From: Octopus sinensis
Taxonomy: Eukaryota
Reading direction: 5' to 3'
Assembly: GCF_006345805.1 (NCBI RefSeq)
Contig: NC_043018.1
Span: 16,802,001 to 16,866,000 of the forward strand
DNA length: 64,000 nt
Shown here piece after piece: positions 50,249 to 63,589 of this stretch. Position 1 is the first letter of the stretch. Each line of letters starts with the position of its first letter. The position numbers were made by a program, and so were the translations under genes. The notes beneath the pieces were generated by a model. That model had not been told where the DNA came from. It ran no database searches and was given only the letters and a program-made list of their open reading frames with translations.

Positions 50249-50782
50249 TGGCTTGACTCAGGTTCGGTCTTAATCCTGTTAGAATTGATGTCGGTAGTGG
50301 GTAGAAACGTTATCTTAGTAGAAACCTGTAACCTTAATTGTCCACAAGCTTTCAGTAGTCTTTCAAGTGCTTAGAACCTTCCTGATAATCCTTGCTGTCC
50401 ATGAGAGAAACTTTCTGTAGGATCCCTATCGGGCATTCTATTTCAATCTCCTTCAACCATTTGTTTATATCTTTGCTTACTTCTTTCCAGCGCACCAATT
50501 ATTATAGGCACGACCTTTACAATTTCCACACTCTAAATTCTTCATATTTCAAAATGTTGATCTATCAGTTCAGCTGCTGATAAACACTTTTCTGGTCCCG
50601 TTGGAACAATCTGTTGATATTATATTGTTCAATTCTTTAGTCATACCTCTTGATTTTTGTCGACTTCGTTTTCAGTTCTTCAAGGATTACCTCTGTCCCC
50701 GCCTTTTTGATCCTATACCTACGTCCGAGTTCCTGATAATTCTCTTTCTTCCTGATTTCTCACTGTTTCTGAAAACACCTGA
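50248..50782 (-). mobile_element. R4/Dong-like non-LTR element, internally deleted
   Basis: EELKTKSTKIKRYD*RIEQYNINRLFQRDQKSVYQQLN joined to KVVPIIIGAL..KWLKEI..ILQK..ARIIRKVL*; TAA-rich flanks. Confidence 0.8.
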
Positions 50783-50784
50783 TT

Positions 50785-50807
50785 TTTACCTTATTATTAT
50801 TATTATT

Positions 50808-50844
<37 letters not shown>

Positions 50845-50861
50845 CCATTATCATTATCATC

Positions 50862-50913
<52 letters not shown>

Positions 50914-50930
50914 CCACCATCATCATCATC

Positions 50931-50962
<32 letters not shown>

Positions 50963-51192
50963 CATCATCGTCGTCGTCGTCATCATCACCATCATCATCA
51001 TCATCATTATCATCGTCGTCATCATCACCATCATCATCATCATCATCGTCGTCGTCGTCGTCATCATCACCATCATCATCATCATCATCGTCGTCGTCGT
51101 CGTCATCATCATCATCATCATTATCATCGTCGTCGTCATCATCACCATCATCATCATCGTCGTTGTCATCGTCGTCGTCATCGTCGTCGTCG

Positions 51193-51240
<48 letters not shown>

Positions 51241-51257
51241 GTATTATTATTATTATC
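50785..51257. repeat. Long (ATC)/(GTC)/(ACC) trinucleotide array
   Basis: Direct; shows ~30-40-bp higher-order units. Confidence 0.95.
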
Positions 51258-51606
51258 ACTCGAGAAACAATGATGATTTTAATGGAAAGATATGTTAAAC
51301 AGAGAAGTAATTGTTGATGATTAGAGAAGAAAGTGTAAAGAAAAAAGAAAAAAAAAAGAGAGGAAGGAAGAGAGTGGGTGGGAGGGTGAAGCAAAAGTGG
51401 AGGACGAGTTGACCTTCACAATGGCTAAAGTCACATACGACAACATCGACAATCTCCTCGAGAAAACAATTAACCGATCAATAACACCAACAACAATGCT
51501 GCCAAGACAACAGGTGTCCCTTTGACCTACAAGAAATAGAAGCCAAATCTCAAACAAACTACTGTGTTACTGTAACAAATGGACGCATTTAAAAAAATTT
51601 GTTTTT

Positions 51607-51813
51607 TTTTACTTGTTTCAGTCATTTGACTGCGGCCATGCTGGAGCACCACCTTTTAGTCGAGCAAATCGACCCCGGGGGACTTATTCTTTTGTAAGCC
51701 CAGTAATTATTCTATCGGTCTCTTTTTGCCGAACCGCTAGGTGACGGGGACGTAAACACACCAGCATCGGTTGTCAAGCAATGCTAGGGGGACAAACACA
51801 GACACACAAACAC

Positions 51814-51846
<33 letters not shown>

Positions 51847-52003
51847 CATACATATATACGACAGGCTTCTTTCAGTTTCCGTCTACCAAATCCACTCACA
51901 AGGCATTAGCAGAAGACACTTGCCCAAGATGCCACACAGTGGGACTGAACCCGGAACCGTGTGGTTGGTTAGCAAGCTACTTACCACACAGCCACTCCTG
52001 CCC
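51607..52003 (-). mobile_element. SINE family A with small internal deletion
   Basis: Reverse complement of 8215-8643. Confidence 0.9.
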
Positions 52004-52444
52004 CATTGAGGATTGTATTTTTGAAAATGAAATCCAAAAACGATGGGATGGTCGCGGCTGGAAGGTTTTTTATTTGTTTTATTATAGATGTTCTTGTTTA
52101 TCAGAGAGTTATTGTTAAACAGCGGGAGAACTGGAATTTCAATTATAAACACAACAGGTGATTTGACAAAAGGCAAGTATTAGGTAATGCCATCTTAACA
52201 ACCGCATTGTATTCCGACAGTAAACAATTGTTTCGAGAATACTAGAGAACGTACACGCTGGGCACAATGGTAGCCATTTACGATTAGAATTAAATACAGA
52301 CACAAATATAATGCGTTTGTGTGTGTGTGTGTGTGCATGAGTTTGTGTGTGAGCGTGTATGTGTGTGTGTGCGTATAATTTTGTGCGAGGATATGTATAT
52401 CTACATAAATATATACATGCATATCAGCTAGGGTGACTGTGTGC

Positions 52445-52477
<33 letters not shown>

Positions 52478-52479
52478 TA

Positions 52480-52512
<33 letters not shown>

Positions 52513-52527
52513 TATATATTATATATA

Positions 52528-52572
<45 letters not shown>

Positions 52573-53035
52573 AATATATATATTATATATATATTATATA
52601 TATATTATACAACATATTATACACATATGTATATTAATTGAAAGGTTAGTGACATTTTCAATGCTGCTCTCAACGGAAGGACAAAGCGTGTTCAGAGGTC
52701 GAACATCACTACACTAAACTTAAATTCAGTACACATGGTCCTATGTTTTCCTTAGTACATAGTTTGAAGTCCTGTATATGTGTGTGTTAGCGTATATATT
52801 TCTATTCGCACGTACCCTAACACACACAAACACAAATGTATTTATGTCCTGGCCAAACCTTTGCCTTTTTTAGTGTAAGAATCTCTCTCTGTATAGTGTT
52901 GAGTCATTCTACGCGGCACATTTTAGCCTTCCTACATAGCACTGGACAGACTAATATCTTGTGATTGGATTAGTCCAGGAAATTTGTGAAGTCCGTCTTC
53001 AAGTTTGTGCATACGTGTGCAAGCACAGGCGTGTG

Positions 53036-53162
<127 letters not shown>

Positions 53163-53293
53163 GGAATATATAAGGATGGAATATATAAGTATTGTAATGG
53201 ATCGGTACACGCAGCAATGCATTGAAATATTATAAATTCCATCCTACGATTATTATTATTAATGTTGTTGTTATTATTATTATCATTATTATA

Positions 53294-53474
53294 AAGGCGG
53301 CGAGCTAGCAGTATCGTTAGCACGACGTGCGACATTTTGTCTGCCACTACGTTCTGAGTTCAAATTCCGCCGAGGTCGACTTTGCCTCTCGTACCAGCGA
53401 GCGAAAGACTCACGTTGATGTAATCGACTAGTCTCCTCCTACTAATTTCAGGCACTGTGCCTGTAGTAGAGAGG

Positions 53475-53480
<6 letters not shown>
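53294..53480 (+). mobile_element. SINE family C, tail type 2
   Basis: Ends TAGAGAGG(ATT)n. Confidence 0.75.
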
Positions 53481-53506
<26 letters not shown>

Positions 53507-53511
53507 CATTA

Positions 53512-53720
53512 TTCAGTAGTTTTATTTTTATAGCGTGCTTTCACTTCACTACCGAGCGCAGCTCTGTGTGCCTTGGGTATGTGCTGTGATTTGTTGTGAT
53601 GCTCTGATGGTTATTGTATGGAAAGTGTTCTGCGTAGGATGTGTGCAGTGCCTAGTAGTGCAATTTTCTGTATGTTATATGTGTTTGTAAGTCCTGGTGT
53701 TTTTGTTATGTATTTGTTAT
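53512..53720 (-). mobile_element. R4/Dong-like 3' end within (TAA)n
   Basis: TPGLTNTYNIQKIALLGTAHILRRTLSIQ* plus short UTR; (ATT)n on both sides. Confidence 0.85.
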
Positions 53721-53751
53721 GTATTTATTATTATCATTATTATCGTTATTA

Positions 53752-53806
<55 letters not shown>

Positions 53807-53812
53807 TGTATT

Positions 53813-53908
53813 AAGGCGGTGAGCTGGCAGAATCGTTAGCACGTCGGGCGAAATGCTTAGCGTTATTTCGTTGGTTGCTACGTTCTGAGTTGAAATTCCG
53901 CTGAGGTT
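53813..53908 (+). mobile_element. SINE family C head, 3'-truncated
   Basis: AAGGCGGTGAGCTGGCAGAATCGTTAGC...TTCCGCTGAGG. Confidence 0.8.
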
Positions 53909-54504
53909 TATAGATAGATAGTTAATAGTATTAGATCACGAATCCAATGTGTGCAGCCGTTTCAAACTAATCAAATGAGGCCCAACAATCAGACATTTAC
54001 ACATTCAGAAATCTATAGAATGTGTGAATATTTGCTCTTTTTTAGTTTTACACGAAGATTCAGAAAAATAATCAAAGTGTGTAGGTCTTACACAGAAACA
54101 TGAAAGTGACGTCTACTGGCAAGTAAATCGGAACAACAACAACAATAAAAATGTATAGCTCAGTTCTTGTGGTACTTTGCTTGTTTCTGTACAACTCAAC
54201 ACTGAAGAAGGGTCGTCTAGATTGTAAAGAAAAGGAAAGGGCTAGAGTTTGTTTTGTGGTTACTTATTTTAATGCTCTGACAGAATGAATAAGGGTGAAA
54301 TAACGAATGAGATGCGAGGTTCTCCATCTTCAGGGCCTGATACATTTATGTGTCTAGAAGGTTACATTCACGATATTCTCGTAGGAGACGGACTCACGTT
54401 GTCCCGTACTTTTATGGAACTCGACATCTCATGACTGCGAATCGAACTTCTTAAACAACCGACGATGTTTAATGGGAACTCAAAACGTGCCAGTTCGCAC
54501 ATGA

Positions 54505-54680
54505 CGAGCAAAATACATTGTGACATTTAAATGCGTCCTTTTGCGATCAGCATTCAAATACTTCGGAGGTCGATTGTATAAGAAAAGAAGTACGAATAAA
54601 AATACGGATAAAATAAAGTATGGATGAAGTAAAGTACAAGTCAACCACTAAGGTTGATCTAATTGACTTTACCTTTACTC
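54505..54680 (+). mobile_element. Dispersed repeat family J
   Basis: Similar to 49226-49410. Confidence 0.75.
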
Positions 54681-56086
54681 TAAACTGGAAACATTTTGTC
54701 TTTATTTGTATCCAATTTGGGGATGGCTCATTTCCAAAATCTTTGTTCGGTTTCAATTAACTTGACACCGTCTGTTGGTCACGTTACCATGAGAAAGAGA
54801 GCTGTCCATGATTTACGATACGAGCTCAGCGATGGAATAATTCTGTTCCCCACGTAAGCCAGATTGGGATTTGAACTCAAAATGCGAAGTACCAGAATAA
54901 AAACACAACAATGTGTTAGGAGCAACGCACCGATTCTCCCAGTCCACCACAAAAGATTAATACTTAATATTTTGATCCCAGTAGTTTAAAAGTCAAATTT
55001 GAGTTGATGGGATTAGAACTGGTGGGCACAGTGCTCTAATAAATACGAAATAAAACAGTTCCCTTCCTCTGTTTGTTCCTTGTTTGCAGTTATTCAATTA
55101 CCTTGTTATATAGAGATTTATGTTTATAATGTTGGGCATTCTCCTTCACATGTGCCCCTCAGCCGTTTTGTATTTCCGAGGATGTTTTATAATATCTCAT
55201 AATATAAACCGATATTTTCAATGTCTGATTCGTAGATAAAATGTAATCAATCGTCTAATTTGATACCTAAATCGACATCAGTCGATGAAGAAGACATCTG
55301 TTTTGCTGATGTTTCTCGTTAATAGACATTTATCATATTTTTATTAGCAAAAATGAAACCGACCATGCAAGATTTTAGGTTAAAAGTTGGAAGCCACATA
55401 TTTTGGTCTTGCTTTTGTAGTTAATTGCGTTAGAAAGACATTTTTAGTAAAGTCTGTGCAGTGTTTTGTGTGGTGAAATCAGAATTCTCTGGTTTGTTAC
55501 TGTTGTATTGATGGAGTCGATCAAACAGTTGCCAATTCTGATTTGACATTTATATCTTTTTTCCCTCAACTTATTGACATTAACAATATCTAACATAACC
55601 CAGTTTTTTTCCCCCTTCAAATGCTAGGATGTTATTTACAGACAATTTTATCCTCGATGCTAGAAAGTGCAGCGACTGCGTAAATATTTCTTAGTTACTA
55701 GTGTGGCTCTGTTTTAAATAATAGCTTTAATACAAACTTCCATTCATATCTTGGAATGTGCCAAAACTAACATTTTCCTTAACACAAAGAACTTTCCTCC
55801 ACAGACATTTGTCCTTCAAGGTAACTCAAAGCAATGCAATATTTCTTCTTATAAAATATACAGGAACTGGATCGCTTTTTCTTTTACTAGAGCAAAAGTG
55901 AAGTTCTTTCTGAAATATGCCAGAGTTGTCGTAGTTGAATAATGAAGACGGAAGCGATGATTGTTATAATGATTCTGATATTGAGAAATATGATAATGGT
56001 GAAGAAGAAGAAGAAGGAGGAGGAGGAGAAGAAGAAGATGATGAAGAAGAAGAAGAAAAGAAGAAGGTCTATATATATATATATAT

Positions 56087-56298
56087 AACGGGAAGCTTTA
56101 TGAAAATAAACAAAAGACGAAGGCAGGTGGAATACAAACAAACAATTGTATTAGTATGGCGCTCAGGAATATAAAAAAACAAGTCTTTTACGTTTCGAGC
56201 CTACGCTCTCAACAGAAGATACACAGAAAAGAAACGGAACGGAGAGAGACAAGGAGAAAAAAATGCGTGCAGAGGCTAGCGAATCAACATGGCGATCT
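56087..56298 (-). mobile_element. PLE terminus, second copy
   Basis: Homologous to 14937-15190; also abuts (TA)n. Confidence 0.65.
56184..56219 (-). ncRNA. Minimal hammerhead-like motif, copy 2
   Basis: UCUU-CUGUUGA-GAGC(GUAG)GCUC-GAAA-CGU-A-AAAGA. Confidence 0.55.
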
Positions 56299-56299
56299 T

Positions 56300-56415
56300 C
56301 TCTCTATCTATCTATCTATCTATCTATCATCTCTATCTATCTATCTATCTATCTATCTATCATCTATCTATCTATCTATCTATCTATTATCTATCTATTA
56401 TCTATCTATCTATCT

Positions 56416-56460
<45 letters not shown>

Positions 56461-56489
56461 ATATCTATCTATCTATCTATCATCTATCA

Positions 56490-56542
<53 letters not shown>

Positions 56543-56662
56543 CCATCCTCTATCTATTATCTATCTATCATCTATCTATCTATCTATCTATATCTATCTA
56601 TATCTATCTATCTATCTATCTATCTATATATATATATATATATATAATATATATATATATAT

Positions 56663-56715
<53 letters not shown>
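56300..56715. repeat. (CTAT)n-(TA)n-(ATAG)n microsatellite
   Basis: Direct. Confidence 0.95.
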
Positions 56716-56919
56716 AAGATATGCGTGCGTGTGTATGTGAGTGGATGCGTGTGTGTGTATGTATATATGTATATATAAATACATACATACACACACGAAT
56801 AAGCATAAACACACATGCATGTGAGCTCTCAGGTTAAAGAATCATTGTGAGGCCGGTTAGTATTCAAAACTCACTTATAACGTCCTTTTTGATTTAGGTT
56901 TAATATTTTGGATCATCCT

Positions 56920-56951
56920 CTGTGTGTGTGTGTTGTGTGGTGTGGTGTGTG

Positions 56952-57001
<50 letters not shown>

Positions 57002-57073
57002 TGTGTGTGTGTGTTTGTGTGGTTGTGTGTGTGTGTGTTGTGTGTGTGTGTGTCTGTGTGTCTGTGTGGTGTG

Positions 57074-57117
<44 letters not shown>

Positions 57118-57229
57118 TGTGTGTGTGTTGTTTGTGTGTGTGTGTGTGTGTGTCTGTGTGTTTGTGGTGTGTGTGTGTGTGTGTGTTTGTGTGTGTGTGG
57201 TTGTGTGTGTGTGTGTGTGTCTGTGTGTT

Positions 57230-57277
<48 letters not shown>

Positions 57278-57551
57278 GGCAATAACTGGACGCTCTAATT
57301 CCTCATAGTGATCGAAGGTTTCATCTCAGGGCAGGGGAATTTCTAAGCGTTTGAAAGCAGCATCTGTTCTCTGGGTTATAGGGGATGGTGTATGTATGTG
57401 GTGGGGGAGGGATACGGTTTATTTGTAGTCAGTGTCGGTGCGGGGGTGGGAATGCTGATTCGATTATCTAAAACTATATTTGGTCATACCTTATGTACTT
57501 AGTTAAACTAATTAGCATGGATATTTCACTCCATGCTTAATTGTATTACTG

Positions 57552-57604
<53 letters not shown>

Positions 57605-57959
57605 CGCGTGTGTGTGTGCGTGTGTGAATGTGCACGCTTGTATGTGTGTGTGGGCGTGTGCGTTTCCCTTTCCGTTCTGAATCCTGCTATATGCGTGTAA
57701 TGGAATGGAAGTATATCTTAATTGGATTTTTTTCTTTTATGAATCAAGTTTGAAATAATTTCGTAAGGTCTCCGTCAGTCAGTGATTGAAGTAAGTGTGT
57801 GTGTATGTATGTGTGTGTGTATGTGTGTGTATGTGTGCATATGTATGTATGTGTATGTGTGTGTGTATGTATGTGTGTATGTATATATGTGTGTATGTAT
57901 GTATGTGTGTGTATGTGTGTATGTATGTATGTGTGTGTATGTGTGTGTATGTAGGTGTA

Positions 57960-57999
<40 letters not shown>

Positions 58000-58000
58000 C
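56920..58000. repeat. Several (GT)n/(GTAT)n tracts
   Basis: Direct (56920-57275, 57555-57660, 57795-58000). Confidence 0.85.
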
Positions 58001-58035
58001 ATGACAGTTTATGCAAATATTCGTACTCTCCTCAG

Positions 58036-58100
58036 AATTTTAAGGGTGAAGTTGAATCTTTCCAAGTTGAGGTTCGTAGAGAATGCTGTTGTGCTCGTAG
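58036..58100 (+). CDS. Candidate 65-nt exon
   Basis: ctctcctcag|...AG|gtgagt; may instead be a chance site in a decayed element. Confidence 0.15.
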
Positions 58101-58369
58101 GTGAGTTTGTGTTTGAAGTTATGCGTTCATGCTTGTGTGTATAATTGTGTGTAGGCGTGTAACGCACTTTGTCTATTTAAATGTAATTATAGTTCAGAAA
58201 AAAAAGAAGACTGCTACTAAATCTGATCAAGAGATGTTCTCTAACTATGGAAGTCAATTATGTGTGCTTTATTGTCGAACCTTAAACTCGATATTGAACT
58301 TTAGTTTAAGAGTTAACTGAATCAAGTACAGCTTGGTTCAATTAACTGACACACACACACACATGCACT

Positions 58370-58440
<71 letters not shown>

Positions 58441-58441
<1 letters not shown>

Positions 58442-58622
58442 CGACTGGCTTCTTTCAGTTTCCGTCTACCACTCACATGACTTTGGTCGGCCACTCACAA
58501 GGCTTTGATCGGCCTGAGGCTATAGTAGAAGACACTTGCCCAAGGTGCCATGCAGTGGGACTGAACCCAGGACCATGTGGTTGGTAAGCAAACTACTCAC
58601 CACACAGCCACACTTGCGCCTA
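58441..58622 (-). mobile_element. SINE family A 5' half
   Basis: Head and core present. Confidence 0.8.
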
Positions 58623-58894
58623 TGTGTGTATATATGAAACATATCGACAAAGGTGTCTAAATATCTATGTTTGATATGCTTTAGCCATATGAATGTAAAA
58701 TATGAACGTATAATACACACCCCACCCAACCACACACACACATGTAAACAGATATATTTATATCTATACATATATATGTGCATGTATGTATGTATATATA
58801 TGCATGTGTGTATGTACATATATATATATATCTGCAGGGTGGGTGTATATATATTTTTACACACATGCACTTATATACATATACATATATACAC

Positions 58895-58958
<64 letters not shown>

Positions 58959-58978
58959 ATATATATATGTATATATAT

Positions 58979-59029
<51 letters not shown>

Positions 59030-59567
59030 TGGTGGAGAGAGAAACAAAAAACAGAGAGAGGAATGGTGAAAAATAATTGGTGCATGCCATAAAGTTCGTT
59101 GCCATTGAAGTTAATCGCCAGATGAATAATGACCGTAAATATGGACATTAAATAAGATTTTTTATCAATGTTGCTGCCTTGAAAGAATCTTTTGAGAGTG
59201 ACCGATAACAGATTCTTTTCCCCTGGATTTGGAAGAAAAAATTCTAAACGAAAACTATATTGAAAGAGCACACCTGTAATTATTTAATGTTTTCATCGAG
59301 AAATTGTTCGATATTCTATTTCTTGTCTCCAGTCGTCAGGTACCGAACAAAGCCTTCTAAATACATTTCCATCACAACCAAATTCTCAGCGTTGGCTGCT
59401 TAGAACAGCCGAGGCTGCATTGTGATCTAACATAACGCATTTTTCTATTCTTATCTATCAAACGCGGACTATGCATTCTTTTGCGATTAAGTGCGACCGT
59501 TAGGGAGATTACATTCAGTATCTATATATACATACACACACACACACACACACATATATATTATAAT

Positions 59568-59612
<45 letters not shown>

Positions 59613-59639
59613 TATATATATTATATATATATATATTTA

Positions 59640-59975
59640 AGTTTTAATTCACCTCAGATGTAACATTACATCTATATATCACATTTTTAGTTTTACATTT
59701 AGCATTCACATAGCAGGAGTCGAGTTTAGAACAATTGCAGGGATGATTTGTTGTATTTCTCACAGATTTGGTATTAATTTGATCATTAATGATAAAATCA
59801 AATTCATTTCTACTAAGTTCTTTATCACTATTTACTCTTCCATATAACGTTATTTTCATTCTATTTCTAGCTGAATTTTTTCCGATTCTACGTCATGAAC
59901 CATATCCAATTGGGTTGTTTCCCTTTGTGCAATTTTTAAATCCTTTGCGTCTTCTTCCATTTAGTTTATTATTAA
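59640..59975 (-). mobile_element. Penelope-like ORF fragment (RT to GIY-YIG linker)
   Basis: IWF..IG(K)K remnant and PCNCSKLDSCYVNAKCKTKNVIYRCNV, resembling CNC..CP..GKC.TKNVIY. Confidence 0.75.
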
Positions 59976-60271
59976 CTAGCAGTATCGCCCGGCGTTGCTC
60001 GGGTTTGTAAGGGAAATAACTATATAAGCATCTTTAGAGAGTTATAGCCGAAAAATAGCAAAAAAATGCATTAAAAATGGAAAAACAATTATGGTAATTT
60101 TTAAAAAAATCATTGACTCATCGTAGACGCGCGCTAATACCCAGAAGGGCTCGATATGAATCATGACTATAAGACACCCGGTTTTGGTTAAACTGCACCG
60201 CAAAATGTGGGAGTAGTTAGGAATCTAAATCGTAGGAGACAGACACACAACTTCACTTTTATATATAAAGA
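59976..60271 (-). mobile_element. Non-autonomous Helitron, short version of 9836-10347
   Basis: Same 5' region and identical 3' hairpin-CTAG. Confidence 0.88.
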
Positions 60272-60743
60272 TATTATTCTGAATATTAATTTTGTTATGT
60301 AGGGTTAGAATAGCTTTTTCGAAACTTCAATACGACTTTCACGCCATGTGTTGCCAATACCTGTGCTATGCTTCCACCACAAGTACAAGACACGCAGATC
60401 CCATGTGTATAAAAAAAATCCACGATATCCATGATTTATAAAAAAAATACCCCTCCACTGCACCGAGCAATGTAGAAAAACTATAATTCACTCGTTTACC
60501 AGATGGAACAACTAACCACAAGGCCCTCCTGAGCTACAATTCTGATCACGATCCCGATGCTCACACCAGCCCTTCGAAGGAGTAGATATTCTTCCATTTG
60601 ATTCTAAATGTACATACATACATGCACACACAAATATATTCATAAACATACACACACTCATACATACACACAACACACGTGTATATATATATATATATTT
60701 TTTTTTCTCTGTCTTCCCTTCTCTGGATCTTTCCTTCTCCTAT

Positions 60744-60920
60744 GTTTCCGACCAAGAGCTCCGCTCTAAACGTTAAGCCCTCCTTCTTTCCTTCTTTCCT
60801 TCTTTCCTGAGCGTCCAATAATACTATATTTGTTCCACGTTCTCGCGTTGTTGTGTTTTTTTGTGCTTTCTTGTTTGGATTAACTTTATAATATATATTA
60901 TATATATATATTATATATAT

Positions 60921-60952
<32 letters not shown>

Positions 60953-61064
60953 CATACATATACATATAAGGTTAATCCAAACGGGAAAACAGAAAAAACA
61001 ACAACACGTGGAACAATTACAGTATTATTATTATTAGGCGCTCAGGAAAATGGAAGAAGGAGGG
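60744..61064. mobile_element. Inverted PLE-like termini around a (TA)n core
   Basis: 60778-60888 is approximately the reverse complement of 60967-61064; decayed hammerhead at 60744-60778. Confidence 0.7.
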
Positions 61065-61734
61065 TATATATATATATATATATATATAAATGTGTGTGTG
61101 TGTGTGTGTACAAAATGCATATCGATAGATATGTAGATAGATATAACAAATGAATTATAGTAGATGTACTGAACACAATTTTTCACATGGACGGGGAATA
61201 GAGCAAGTGTTTGTGTAAGTATATGCATGTGAGGTGAAGTGAGTTTGGGTGTGTGGATATGGAATCACTCATACGCGAATTGTACTTTCGCTGCTATGAA
61301 TATCAATTAACTAAAGAATTTTCCAAATGAATTCTGTTTGGTTTAATTCAGTAAGAACATCTATTATGTCGTGTTGTTTGTAATCATTTCATTCCCGTTT
61401 CTGTTCGTATTACATATAAACCAACTACAGACTATATTAACTCGAAATAAGCAATTTACAGCCTCTCTTGTTGCAATCTATATTCTAATCACTTCATCAA
61501 ATAGTCACTGCTGAAATTACTATAATCTGCAGTCGTGGACCAATTAATATTATGTCCACCGTTGAAATTAATTATATTATGATGTGGTGAATTGGATGAA
61601 TGGTTAATTCGTTGGATAGATTGCGTTGCGATAATCAATCCCTTCCCTCCAGGATCAAATCCGCCGAGGTCATCTTTACGTTTCATTATTTCGGTGTCGA
61701 TAAAAAAAGTAGACCAGTCTTGTAAATAATAAAA

Positions 61735-61976
61735 TAAATGCGCCCTTTTAAAGCCTAACCAGGCTGATGGGCCCGGTTTCCCGGTTTCTGTGTTACCCAG
61801 GTGGACGGGACGCCAGTCCAGAGCAGCGTTACTCATTTTTGCCAGCTGAGTGGACTGGAGCAACGTGAAATGAAGTGTTTTGCTCAAGAACACAACGCGT
61901 CGCCCGGTCCAGGAATCGAAACCACAATCTTACGATCATGATGCTGAGACCCTAACCCCTAAGCCAGGCGCCTCCA
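61735..61976 (-). mobile_element. tRNA-derived SINE family E (B-like head, different body)
   Basis: TGGAGGCGCCTGGCTTAG..GGTTTCGATTCCTGGACCGGGCG, then GTGTTCTTGAGCAAAACACTT; tail also at 63513-63585. Confidence 0.75.
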
Positions 61977-62401
61977 CACACCAGTCTTGTACTGAGGGAA
62001 TATTATTCTTTCTGGTATTCTGTGCCTTTCTCTTAGTCTATATTCTGTGCCTTTCTCTTAGTCTCTTAGTCTATATTCTGGCTGTGTATATATTTGGTGA
62101 CGCTTATGCATCTCAGGGTTAAAAAAATTTGTCAAAGCATACAATATGTGACGATGGCATCCCTACAACACCTTCAATATTAGCAAAGTTCCTAACATTT
62201 AATTATCTCGCGAGGAAATTAAAATCTTACAGAAATTGTTCGCAATATTAAGTTTCCTACCTCTTTGATTTTATTAACCAAGATAAAATTGATTGGTTAT
62301 TCTGTGGTGTAAAACACGTTTCTCGAGAAAATAGCAACTAATTTCGTGCAATAGTGATAATATAATTTTTGCTTCTTTTCTTCCTTTTAAGATTCTGAAT
62401 A

Positions 62402-62829
62402 CTCTTTTACGCTTTTACTCTTTTACTCTTTTACTTGTTTCAGTCATTTGACTGCGGCCATGCTGGAGCACCGCCTTTAGTCGAGCAAATCGATCCCGGG
62501 ACTTATTCTTTGTAAGCCCAGTACTTATTCTATCGGTCTCTTTTTACCGAACCGCAAAGTGACGGGGACGTAAACACACCAGCATCGGTTGTCAAGCAAT
62601 GCTAGGGGGACAAACACAGACACAAACATATACACACACACTTATATATATATATACATATATACGACAGGCTTCTTTCAGTTTCCGTTTACCAAATCCA
62701 CTCACAAGGCATTGGTAGGCCCGGGGCTATAGCAGAAGATACTTGCCCAAGATGCCACGCAGTGGGACTGAACCCGGAACCATGTGGTTGGTTAGCAAGC
62801 TACTTACCACACAGCCACTCCTGCCCCTA
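62402..62829 (-). mobile_element. SINE family A, full length
   Basis: Reverse complement of 8215-8643 with (GTAAAAGA)n tail. Confidence 0.92.
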
Positions 62830-63002
62830 TGCCTCTCCTGAAAGTGGGATTTTTTTTCTCACACGCTTAATACCATTATATATATACATATACATACACA
62901 CACACGAGTAATCACATAAACGTAAAACAAGGTGGCAAAAATAGTACTCGAAGATATGATAATATTTTTTTTTATTAAACCTGCAAAAAACATCAGAAAA
63001 AC

Positions 63003-63508
63003 TGGTACTTATTTAATCAACCACGAAAGGATGAAAGGCAAAGTCGACCTCGGTGGAATTTGAACTCAGAACATAACGACAGACGAAATACCTATTTCTT
63101 TACTACCCACAAGGGGCTAAACACAGAGGGGACAAACAAGGACAGACATAGGTATTAAATCGATTACATCGACCCCAGTCCGTAACTGGTACTTAATTTA
63201 TCGACCCCGAAACGATGAAAGGCAAAGTCGACCTCGGTGGAATTTGAACTCAGAACGTGACGACAGACGAAATACCTATTTCTTTACTACCCACAAGGGG
63301 CTAAACACAGAGGGGACAAACAAGGACAGACATAGGTATTAAATCGATTACATCGACCCCAGTCCGTAACTGGTACTTAATTTATCGACCCCGAAAGGAT
63401 GAAAGGCAAAGTCGACCTCGGCGGAATTTGAACTCACAACGTAACGCAGACGAAATACTGCTAAGCATTTCGCCCGGCATGCTAACGTTTCTGCCAGTTC
63501 GCTGCCTT
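63003..63508 (-). mobile_element. Trimeric SINE family C, 184-bp period
   Basis: Identical junctions at 63091 and 63275. Confidence 0.9.
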
Positions 63509-63589
63509 TCAAATAAACGCGCCCTTTTAAAGCTTAGCCAGGTTCATGAGGGCCGGTTCCCCGGTTTCAATTGCGTATGTGTTCCCCAG

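Noticed and set aside
57730-57790. CTGAC..GAAA hammerhead-like string on the minus strand
   Set aside because: No stem II can be formed.
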